55,977 nt of DNA from Clostridiaceae bacterium (GTDB lineage Bacteria > Bacillota > Clostridia > CAYPLH01 > DUMO01), in NCBI GenBank assembly GCA_012839865.1, contig DUMO01000028.1:1-55977 (forward strand), read 5' to 3'. The notes below the pieces were generated by a model. The model was not told where the DNA came from, did no database searches, and saw only the letters and a list, made by a program, of their open reading frames with translations. Of the stretch, positions 9,130 to 19,700 are shown piece after piece (within the stretch, counting starts at the first letter, position 1; the number at the start of each line of letters is the position of its first letter). The translations under genes were made by a program, and so were the position numbers.

Positions 9130-9184
9130 TTTAATATATAGCAACAAAAAGTCTCCCGCCTCTTAGACGGCGGGAGTACGTCAC
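9130..9184 (+). mobile_element. 55-bp IS200/IS605-end-like mini element, copy 1
   Basis: TTTAA...CTCCCGCC-TCTTAGAC-GGCGGGAG-TACGTCAC; 48/55 identical, without gaps, to 47153-47207 (minus). Confidence 0.6.
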
Positions 9185-9336
9185 CATAGGGAGATGTTTA
9201 TCTCCCTTATATGCTTTATAAAAGGGATTCTGCTTTTATGTCTCCATAAAAAATTATTTACCTTTGCACGGCAAGATGTACCCATGCCACTTTCCTGCCT
9301 GCCCAGGGAAAGGTATCATTTAAAGCCTTATCATTC

Positions 9337-10248
9337 TCATGCCTTGGGATTGACAGCAAAAAATTTATTTAAGTCCTGCTTTTTTGCAATAACTTCTTCA
9401 AAAAGATCCCCTAAATCCTCTACCCTTTCCTTAATGGTTTTTATATTAAATGTTCCCGGGTCAAGCTTTCCCCCCTGGACCTCGTCCCATGTCAGGGGGG
9501 CTGACACAGGAGCCCCCGGATGAGGTCTTACGCTGTACTGGCAGGCCATTGTTTTTCCTCCGGAGTTTTGAAGGTAATCAAGGTATACTTTGCCCTCCCG
9601 GTTTTCAATAAGCCTTTCCATGGTTGTCCTGTCCGGGTAAACCCTGTTTATCATCCTGCAGATAAACTGCACGAATTCCTTCACTTCGCTAAAAGTATGC
9701 TTTGGCTCTATGGGAACATAAATGTGCATACCTGTTGAACCGGATGTCTTGGGATACCCTTTTAATCCAAATTCTCCGAGGGCTTCTTTAACAAGCAGCG
9801 CTACACTGATTACACTGTCAAATCCAAGGGGAGGCATAGGATCAAGATCAAACACCGCAATATCCGGATGCTCTATATGAGCGGTACGGGAAAGCCAGGG
9901 ATGCATTTCTATGCAGCCTTGATTAACCAGCCACACCAGGGTTTCAACATCATTGCAGACAATATAATCAATATTCCTGTCTTTCTTTTCAGAATATACG
10001 GGATATGTCTTAATCCATTCAGGCGCATATTCAGGGCAATCCTTCTGATAAAAGGACTCCCCTTCAATCCCGTCTGGATATCTGTTCATGACAAACAAGC
10101 GGTCCTTAAGATGTGGCAGAAGATATTCCGAAATTTCATAATAGTATAAAACAAGGTCGCCTTTTGTATAGTTGTCCTGCGGCCACAACACCTTGTCCAT
10201 GTTTGTAAGCAAAAGCTCTTTCCCATTAACTTTTACGGTTTTATCCAT
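9337..10248 (-). CDS. ligD: NHEJ LigD polymerase/primase module (stand-alone)
   Basis: RYPDGI, FYQKD, AVFDLDP, KTSGSTGMHIYVP, YLDYLQN and PVSAPLTWDE motifs; start at ATG 10248 by RBS spacing. Confidence 0.92.
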   Translation of the reverse strand: MDKTVKVNGKELLLTNMDKVLWPQDNYTKGDLVLYYYEISEYLLPHLKDRLFVMNRYPDGIEGESFYQKDCPEYAPEWIKTYPVYSEKKDRNIDYIVCNDVETLVWLVNQGCIEMHPWLSRTAHIEHPDIAVFDLDPMPPLGFDSVISVALLVKEALGEFGLKGYPKTSGSTGMHIYVPIEPKHTFSEVKEFVQFICRMINRVYPDRTTMERLIENREGKVYLDYLQNSGGKTMACQYSVRPHPGAPVSAPLTWDEVQGGKLDPGTFNIKTIKERVEDLGDLFEEVIAKKQDLNKFFAVNPKA

Positions 10249-11206
10249 TCTCATCTCTCCTGATTATGCATTCCCTGGGGTCCTTGTCACTCCGCACTCC
10301 CTTGAAAGAGGCATGTCTTAGTCCGGACTCCCCTTTTTCAAGAAATTCAACTGTGCACACAAGATATGCAGCTCCAAAAATCCCTGAGGATATTTCCTTG
10401 ATATTATTCTCAAAAGGGTACTCCCCATGAGTCAGGTTGAAATGTTCCACCAGCATTTCGCAGTCCTCCCGGGAAAATCCTGTACCCACAGTCCCTTGAT
10501 ATACAAGCTTTTCATTATCATCATACAGTCCGAGTATCAGCGAACCCAACCCCCACATCTTTCCCCTTAAATACCCGCAGGCAACAAAGTCCTCCTCTAT
10601 TACCTTTTTAAATTTCAACCAATAATTCGTCCTTTTTCCGGGAACATACGGACTGTCTGTTTTTTTAGCCACAACTCCTTCAAGGCCTCTTGAAACTGCA
10701 GCATTATAAAATTCAATACCTTTATCAAAAATATAATCTGAAACGACCATAGTCTTGCTGTTTATTACCGTGTCTTGAAGAATATCCTTTCTTTCTTTTA
10801 AAGGGATGCTCAGAAGTTCTCTCCCTTTTGAATAAACAATGTCAAACACAACATATGTTGCAGGATTGGTTTGGGCAATGCGAATAAGTTTGTTTCTATC
10901 CTTAATGCTGCTTCTTTTCTGCCATTCATGAAATGAAGGCATTCCATTCTTCATTACGACAATTTCACCGTCAAGTATGACAGGATGATTGTTTACCAAT
11001 CCGGACAAGCCCTCAAATTCCGGGTATTCAAATGTAATATCCCTGTTATTGCGGCTTTTAAGCACCGTTTTTTCGTCGATGTATGCAAGGCACCTTATTC
11101 CATCCCACTTGATTTCATACATGTAATCTTCCGAATCAAAAGGATCATGCCTTAATGCCAGCATTGGCTTTAAATTTTTTTTTGCAAACAGATCGTTGGA
11201 CATCAT
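10241..11206 (-). CDS. ATP-dependent DNA ligase (LigD ligase module)
   Basis: EIKWDGIR adenylation motif, LDGEIV, EGVVAKK, WLKFK, LRHASFKGVRSDK. Confidence 0.93.
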   Translation of the reverse strand: MMSNDLFAKKNLKPMLALRHDPFDSEDYMYEIKWDGIRCLAYIDEKTVLKSRNNRDITFEYPEFEGLSGLVNNHPVILDGEIVVMKNGMPSFHEWQKRSSIKDRNKLIRIAQTNPATYVVFDIVYSKGRELLSIPLKERKDILQDTVINSKTMVVSDYIFDKGIEFYNAAVSRGLEGVVAKKTDSPYVPGKRTNYWLKFKKVIEEDFVACGYLRGKMWGLGSLILGLYDDNEKLVYQGTVGTGFSREDCEMLVEHFNLTHGEYPFENNIKEISSGIFGAAYLVCTVEFLEKGESGLRHASFKGVRSDKDPRECIIRRDENG

Positions 11207-12015
11207 GATGTATTTCTCTTCTCCCTGCTCTTCTCCACCTTCTTCCCGTCTTTTGCCATTTTTATGCTTGCCCTCAAGGCCTCCATAAGGTCAACAACAT
11301 TTCCTTCATACAACTTTTGAGGTGTTTCAACCTCCTGTCCAGTAATCTTGCTTTGAATAAGCTCCATTAATGCATCCCGGTAATCGTTTGAATATTTTTC
11401 AGGTTCAAAGGCCTCTGAAAGGCTGGTTATTAAATTAACCGCCATTTTGAGTTCATTTTCATGAATCTTCACATTATAGCTGAGTTCAGGTATCCCGGCT
11501 GTGTTTCTGATTTCATCAGGATAAAACATGGTTTCCATGACAATGTCGCTGCCCTTGACCCTGATGGCTGAAAGAGTTTCCTTGGAGCGGATAACAACCT
11601 TGGCTATGGCTACCTTGCCGGTCTCTTCTATTGCCTGCCTTAAAAGTTCAAAGGCCTTCTGCCCGCCCTCATTTGGAGCCAGATAGTATGATTTGTCAAA
11701 ATATACAGGGTCAACCTCTGATAAATTTACGAAATTTATAATATTAATGCTTTTTGTTGTCTCAAGGGGGATTTTCTCAAAATCTTCATCTGTCAGTACT
11801 ACATATTTTCCGCTTTCATACTCATAACCCCTGACAATTTCATCGGCTTCCAAGTCCTTGCTGCATGCAGGACAGTGCTTCTTATATTTGATTGGAGTCA
11901 TATCCTCTTTATGAAGATAGTTGAATTTTATATCCTTGTGTGATGTCGCCGGATACAGTTTAATTGGAATATGCACCAACCCGAAGCTTATCGCACCTTT
12001 CCAAACAGGGCGCAT
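11203..12015 (-). CDS. ku: NHEJ Ku protein
   Basis: MRPVWKGAISFGLVHIPIKLYPAT and VVDLMEALRAS; its stop overlaps the ligase start (ATGA). Confidence 0.96.
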   Translation of the reverse strand: MRPVWKGAISFGLVHIPIKLYPATSHKDIKFNYLHKEDMTPIKYKKHCPACSKDLEADEIVRGYEYESGKYVVLTDEDFEKIPLETTKSINIINFVNLSEVDPVYFDKSYYLAPNEGGQKAFELLRQAIEETGKVAIAKVVIRSKETLSAIRVKGSDIVMETMFYPDEIRNTAGIPELSYNVKIHENELKMAVNLITSLSEAFEPEKYSNDYRDALMELIQSKITGQEVETPQKLYEGNVVDLMEALRASIKMAKDGKKVEKSREKRNTS

Positions 12016-12563
12016 TCAAGTCACCTCATATCATTTTCAGTACAAAGCACCCAGACTGAGATTATTGGTTCAACCATGTTTGCCTGGAGTAGCATATGCT
12101 CTTTTTTCCCTATAAATATTATTGGATATTGAATAGAAAAGTATGAACCACAGCTTTTGAAATTTTTTCAATATAAAAAAATGATTTTTGTTATTATGCT
12201 TCAATAAATTGTTGTTGAGACAAATGAAATGTATAGAGAACAATAACAATTGGCTTTATTTTGCCAGAAAATCAGGTGAGATAAAGGCAAAAATGCTTGA
12301 AAAAGACAGGATGTTTTTTATCTTTTTTAAGCCACGGAGGGTAAGTAAAAAGCGGTAGCATTTTTGCCTTCAGTGTGCCCGTATATTTTCTCAAAATAAA
12401 AGACTTGTTCCAGAAAAGCCAGGGAGCATCGAGCCCCGCTCGCTTCTGGCCGGATTTGCTTCGCAAATAGCCCTGTTCTGTATACATTTCATTTGCAGAT
12501 GTATTAGAGCAGATTGTCTATGAAATATAAATTGTAACAATTGGAAAGCAACTGATTTTTCTT

Positions 12564-13523
12564 TCAAAACTCAAATTTAGTGCGTCTCATGAATAATTCG
12601 GTAAGGACCTCTTTGGGATCGTTCCCTTCTTTTACAATGCTATAGACAGCAGAACATATAGGCATATCAACCTCATAGAGCTTTGACAGCATTACAAGTG
12701 CTTCAGCAGTGGAAACCCCTTCCGCCAGCTTGTCGAACTTCTCACCCTTTACAAAGGTTTTCCCAAACATTCTGTTGTGGCTGTACTGAGAAAACAAGGT
12801 TGCCTCATAATCCCCCAGGTGGCAGAGGCCATAAGCAGTCAGCTCATTACCTCCCATTGCCCTTATGAGACGGGATACTTCTCTGGCCCCCCGAGCCATC
12901 AGGGCACCTTTCAAACCGCTTACACCCAAACCGTCCAGCATTCCCCCTGCTATACCAATGACATTTTTGGCTGCTGCACCAACTTCGTTTCCGATAATAT
13001 CCTGTCCGTAATAAAACCTTATCAACTCACTGCCAAACTCATCCACTATTTTTTTTGTAAGCTCAATATTCTGCGAGCCGATAACCATGCAGCTTGGAAT
13101 ATTATTCAGAAACTGCTGCACATGCCCGGGTCCTACCCATAATGCAATTCTTGTAGAAGGACCCAGTTCCTCCGATAAAACCTGGGAAAGCCTTTTCCCT
13201 GTATTGGCTTCAATGCCTTTCATACACAGAATAAATACTTTCTGTGCCGGATTTAACAATGCAATCTCCCGGGCAAGGCTTCTTAGCTGCTGTGCGCCAA
13301 TTGCAATAATTATAAAATCGGCATGCTCTATTACGCATGAAATGGAGCAAGTCAGCTTCACACTGTCCGGAAGCTCAAGATATTCATTTTTTCTATCCTT
13401 CAGCAGTTTGTTGTAGCTTACGGAATCCTGCCTTCCGTATAACATAACATCATGCCCGATTCTGGCCGAATACCATGCAAGGAATGTGCCCCACCTGCCG
13501 CAGCCGATAACCGAAACTCTCAT
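12564..13523 (-). CDS. gpsA: NAD(P)H-dependent glycerol-3-phosphate dehydrogenase
   Basis: GCGRWG Rossmann motif, AAKNVIGIAGG, GLCHLGDYEATLFSQYSHNR, AEGV; start at ATG 13523 (RBS GGAGG). Confidence 0.9.
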   Translation of the reverse strand: MRVSVIGCGRWGTFLAWYSARIGHDVMLYGRQDSVSYNKLLKDRKNEYLELPDSVKLTCSISCVIEHADFIIIAIGAQQLRSLAREIALLNPAQKVFILCMKGIEANTGKRLSQVLSEELGPSTRIALWVGPGHVQQFLNNIPSCMVIGSQNIELTKKIVDEFGSELIRFYYGQDIIGNEVGAAAKNVIGIAGGMLDGLGVSGLKGALMARGAREVSRLIRAMGGNELTAYGLCHLGDYEATLFSQYSHNRMFGKTFVKGEKFDKLAEGVSTAEALVMLSKLYEVDMPICSAVYSIVKEGNDPKEVLTELFMRRTKFEF

Positions 13524-13704
13524 GATAACCTCCACAATTATGCCAAACTGATAATATGATTGTCCTATACATAATATATCACTATTTTTTTGCAGGCAAC
13601 AGGTTTTTCAACCTTACGGGCATGGCAGGAACCACAGGGACTGTCCCCCTGGCCCCTGCCCCTGATCCTGGAACCACTGAAGCCGCCCTGTCAATGTGCA
13701 AAAC

Positions 13705-16700
13705 TTACCCCAAGGTTACCACCACATTGTGGGTCTTTCCATCATCCACAAGTTTAATGCTTCCGGATTCTGACTCTACCTGTACACCGTCCACTGCAAC
13801 TTCCACTACACCCTTATTAACGCCCTTCGGATTCTTAACATTTATTTGATACAAGCTCCTGCCATACCTGTATTCCGTGCTGAATTCCGGCCAGTGCCGC
13901 GGAATACAGGGGTCTATGACAAGTTCCTCTCCATTTTTCTTGAGCCCTAAAATGTACTCAATTCCTACCTTGTATACCCAACCTGCCGAACCGGTATACC
14001 ATGTCCAGCCGCCCCTTCCTGTATGCGGATGAACAGAATATACGTCCGCCGGCATTACATAAGGTTCAACTTTGTATCTTGAATACTCAATATGTGTCCT
14101 GGAATGATTAATCGGGTTAATCAGTTCAAAAAGCTCCCACGCCTTGTCACCTTGTCCCAACATGGCAAAAGCCAGTATCACCCAGGCTGCTGCATGTGTA
14201 TATTGCCCGCCGTTTTCCCTTACTCCGGGAACATAACCTTTTATATACCCCGGGCTTGGCTCACATATATCAAAAGGAGGCGTAAGAAGTTTAATCAGCC
14301 CTTCATCTCTCCTTACAAGATAATTCTCGAGGGAGTCTATGGCTTCTGCCACTCTTTCCGGGTTTGCAGCTTTTGATATTACCGCCCACGACTGGGAAAT
14401 GGAATCGATTTTACATTCATTGTTCTGCACCGAGCCCAGTGGAGTGCCATCATCAAAATATGCCCTCCTGTACCAACTGCCGTCCCAGGCATTCTCTTCG
14501 ATGCTTTTTACAAGGTTTTCAGCAACACTTTTGTATCTTTCAGCACTCTCATTATCTCCCATGGCTTCGCACAAAGGCAGAAAATCCATGATATTGGCAT
14601 AAAGGAACCATCCAAGCCATACGCTTTCACCTTTGCCCTCATGCCCCACCAGGTTCATGCCGTCATTCCAGTCGCCGGAGCCCATAAGAGGAAGACCATG
14701 GCTGCCAAACTTGAATCCATACTCCAGGGCCCTTTTGCAGTGTTCGTACAAGGTCGCGGTGCTTGATGAAACCTTTGGCCTGATATAAATTTCATGTTCA
14801 TGTTCCTGCAGAAACTGCCCCTCAAGGAAAGGAACCGTTTCTTTCAGAATATCAAAATCACCGGTTGCCTTGACATATTTGGATGTAACATAGGGCAGCC
14901 ACAGGTAGTCATCCGAATACCGGGTTCTTGTTCCTTTATCCCCTTGCTCATGCCACCAGTGCAAAACATCTCCTTCTACAAACTGGTGGGCTGCATGAAG
15001 CAGAATCTGCCGCCTTGCAAGCTCGGGCCATATTTCAAGGACAGCCATTACATCCTGCAGCTGGTCCCGGTAGCCGAAAGCTCCTCCGGACTGGTAAAAT
15101 GCAGACCTTGCCCAGAGCCTGCATACTATGACCTGATACAGAAGCCATCCGTTCAGAATCAGGTTCATGGAATTATCCGGAGTTTTAATCCTGATTGTGT
15201 CAAGAAGCCTGTTCCAGAAGCCGGCAACCTCCTCCAGCGAATTCTTTACAGTATTTATATCCCTGTATTTTTTCCTTAATTCATCAGCCTCCTGCCTGCC
15301 ATATTCCATGCCCAGCAGCAAAACCACTTCACAAGTTTCTGAAGGTGCCAGTTTTATATTTGTCTGCACCGCAGCGCAGGGGTCCATGCCTGCACCCACT
15401 GTTCCGGAAAGCTTCTGGCGTTTCAGGCCTTCAGGAGATTTCAAATCCCCTGTGCCCAAAAAATCTTTTCTGTTGCCGGTTATTGTTTTTGAGTTGCCTG
15501 TCATGTCAACAAATGCTACAGTGCCTTTGAATTCATCATTATACTTGTTTTCAACCATAAGGGCATTATCCCCCGTGGTGGAGGTGACCAGATATCTTGC
15601 AGTAAACTGGTCGCTGACACCCAAAACAGGCCTTATATAGTATGTCAGGGTAAGATTTCTCTCCTCCCGGGTGTGGTTTGTCAACTTGACCAGAGTAACT
15701 TTCACAGGGTCCCTTCTTGGTACAAACACCGTCATACTCTGCTCAATGCCGTGGCTCGCGTGTTCAAAGACGGTATAGCCAAAGCCGTGTCTTATTACAT
15801 ACGGTGTTTTTTCCCTTACAGGCAAGGGAGTTATTGTCCATATTTCACCTGTATCCGAGTCACTTATATAAAATACTTCCCCGGGAGTGTCGGATACAGG
15901 GTCATTTGACCAGGGTGTGATTTTATTCTCACGGCTGTTTTCAAACCAGGTATGTCCTCCACCTGACTCCGTAATTAAAAACCCCATCCGCTCATTTGCT
16001 ATTACATTAACCCAGGGAAGAGGTGTGTGCATTGATTCATTGAGCCGTATGACATACTCCCTGCCTTTTTTGCCAAACCCGCCAATTCCGTTGAAAAACT
16101 CCAAACCTTCTTCCATGGGTTTCGCAAAGCCGTAATCTCCAGGCTGCCTGGTGAATTTTTTATACGGAGGCAGTTTCAGTTCCCCCGGCGTCTGAATTTG
16201 TTCATAAACATAACCTCCGTCACTTGTCAGCACAATTCTGGCTGCAGTATAAAGAAGATTCATTTCAGCTTCGGTCAATTCATTGCTTTTTATTATGAAC
16301 ACTCCCCCGGGTTTGTTCATCAATTCCTGTCCATGGCTGGTGCAAACCACGTCCGCCAGCAGGGTTTGAAGGGGGTGAGTGTAACCGGCTTCCTCTTCAT
16401 TAAGTATGACAAGATCCACTTTCAGGTCTTTAACCCTCCAATATTCATGGGCTTTCAAAACTTCATAAACAATGTCCACCTCATCCATTTTCTTCAATAC
16501 AACAATAACAATCGGTAAATCTCCTGAAATTCCAAAAGCCCACAGGGATGACTGTCCAAGCTCATTCTTCAGTATATGGCTCTCCTTTTTGCGAAGAAGC
16601 GGGCTTATATATAGAATATGACTCATCATATCCTGATAAATTTCCATTTCAAAGGGCTTCAGGTTCAGATACCGGGCCTCCACCCTGCTCCTGGTCAGGG

Positions 16701-19700
16701 CCAGCCTGAATGCCGCTTCAATGTTATCCGTATCCTGATATTTTTCGGCAATCTCCAGCAAATCGCTTTTACTGTCAGCAACCGCAGTTATAAAAGATAT
16801 TCTGGCTGTGTCTCCAGGTTCAATCCTGAGCAACTGGCGAAAACTCATTATCGGGTCCAATACAGGTCCTACGGTATTGGATAGAGGTTTGTTTTTCACC
16901 ATGGCAGCGGGATTTGCTGCAGTATGGCCTCTGCCGATAAAATTACTCCTGTCGGTTTCATACTGTACTCCTCCCACTTCATCTCCTTCCACAACCATGG
17001 TGTTTACCATCCACATGGTCCGCCCGGTGTCCGCCCTTGGCCGGCGTTTTGCCAGCAGGCTGCGGTATTCCGGGACATATTCCGTTTCTATGAACAAGTT
17101 GCTGAAGGCAGGATGAACCACGTCCCCGCCATGATTTGCCAGTACAATCTCCATGTAGCTGGTAACCTCAATAACAGCCGGTGTCTTTCCGTGATTGGCA
17201 ATGGAGAGCATTCGGATTTCCGCATTTTCACCTGATGCCACAACTATTTCGGTCTGGGTGCTTATATCCTTGTCAGTTCTTGAAAACTTTGCCTTATCCG
17301 GTGTAAAGGTCACGGAGTATTTTTCCGGCAAATTCCCGTCCGGTTCCAGTATGGCATTCCATACCGTATTAGTCTCTACATTTCGTATATAGAAAAACAT
17401 CCCGTAACAATCGCAGGTCAAGTCCTCTCTCCACCGGGTAACATCCAGGTTGTTGCACCTGCTGTATCCGGTACCCCTGTCAGTCACCATAACCGAATAA
17501 CTCCCGTTTGACAAAATATGTGTCCGTGGAATAACCGGGTCCGGTTTCTTGAAGATTCGTACTGAATCTCCTTCACTATATACAATGTCCTTGAAGGGCG
17601 TGATTTTTTCCTTGTTTTCCTTTGTAAACACAATATTTGTAGGAACCTTTTCCTGCAGCAACAGCTGGGCGGACTTTATCACCGGGTCCCTGTGAAAACG
17701 CTCCTGCATAATGTCCTTATTAAGAAAATTATTCAATGAAAGCAGGCTCATTCCCTGGTGGTGGGCCATAAAGCTTTTAACAATACCCTTGTTGCTGCCA
17801 AATGGCAGTCTTTCAGGGGTATAATCCACAGCTTCATAGAAACCATAAGGTCCATCGAGCCCTTCCTTTATAAGCTTCCTGATATTCTCCATTGCTCCTT
17901 CCGGATCAATGGGCAGGGCCAGCAAGGTGGCATAAGGCGCTACAACCATATCCTCAATCAGCCCTCTTTTAAGCCCCAGCCATGGCAAACCGAAGGCCTT
18001 GTACTGGTAATTCAGGTTTATGTCCAGGGAGTAAAATCCCGATTCAGATGTCCCCCATGGCACACGCCTTTGCTTTCCATATTTTTTCTGACTTCTGACA
18101 ACAAAGGAATATGTCTCATCCAAAAGGGTATTTTTATACCTTTTCATTATCAGGAGAGGCATGAGGTATTCAAACATGGTGCCGCTCCAGGAAACCAGTC
18201 CTTTATAGTAATCAATAACCGTCAGGGTCCTGCCCATGCGAAACCAATGTTTTTGCTCCACTTCCCCCCTGGCTATGGCAATATAGCTTGCCTGCCTTGC
18301 CTCGGACGCAAGAAGGTCATAATATGAGTTGGTCAGTTCATTGTCTTCAATGTTGTACCCAATGGAAAACAATTGCTTCTTTTTATCATATAAATGTATG
18401 AATTCAGTTTCATCCGCCAGTTTGTCTATCTTCCTGACAAGTTCGGTATACTTCTCAATGAATTTGCCCGTATTTTCCACTGATTTGGCAACTGCCTTCG
18501 ATAGTTCCTCAAGCCATGCAAAGAGCTCAGGATTGTTGTAATTGCTGCCTGACAAGCTCTCATGTATATTCCTTAACTCATTAAGAATATCACCGTATTC
18601 TGCTATTTGGGCAACAGTCGTATTACTTTTCAGCACCTCGATTATTTTTTTAAGGCGTTCCGGTATTTCCCCCTGTTTTTCAAAATCGCCATTCACTGCT
18701 GATTCCGGAAAACTTTCAAGAACATAAATCCAGCGTGCAAACTCCATAAGCTCTTTTTTATGCTTCTGCATCATGTGTTCAACTTTCGACTTCCAGACAG
18801 ACTTATGACAGTTGATTTTTTTACAGTTTGCACTGATTTCATCAAGAACTCTGGCCCACATTACAAGGCTTTGGTCCCCTGCCGTCCTGAGTTTTGCCAG
18901 GGACTCAAAGCCAAATTTGTCCTGTACGTTATTTGGCTCCACAAGGCTTATGGTATCCTCCAGCCCCTGAATAAAGACTGTGTCGAATATTGGCTTTTGC
19001 AGGTATTCCTGAAGACTTTGGCTTAGAACAATCAAATATCCGACAAAGTTTCCACTGTCCACAGTAGAAACATACCTTGGCCTTAAAGGGTAAAGGGAAC
19101 GTGTATCATACCAGTTCAGCAAATGCCCGTTCCATTTTTCCATCCTTTCTACTGTAGAAATGGTATCATAAACCATTTTATAGAGTTCATAAGTGCCAAT
19201 ATACCCCATATCCCTCGCTGTTACGGCTGAAAGAAGCCCAAGGCCAATGTTTGTCGGTGATGTCCTGTACGCAATGCCATTCGGAGGGTCCTCCTGGTAA
19301 TTGTCAGGAGGGAGGTAATGGTTCTTTTGATTCATAAACTCCTCAAAATAGCGCCAGGTTTTGCGGGCCAGCTTTCGCAAATCCTGAATATCACTGCTGC
19401 CAAGCTCAATATTATCCTCGTCAATGCTTATGCTTATATACCATGCAACGAAGGGTGCACTGCACCAGATCAAAAACAGAGGCACAGATACAAGCAATGT
19501 TACCGGCTTATAAATTAATGAGCTTACGACAACCAGCAATGCCACAAAAACCGACGGACGCATTTTGCCCCAAAAAGACAAAACACCTTTGTGGGACTGT
19601 TTTTCAACGGCTGCTGCAGGCACCCACTCAAGCATGTTTCTTCTTGATACCGCCAACCTGTAAAGGGTCTTTAAAACAGCATGGCTCATAAAATATGCCT

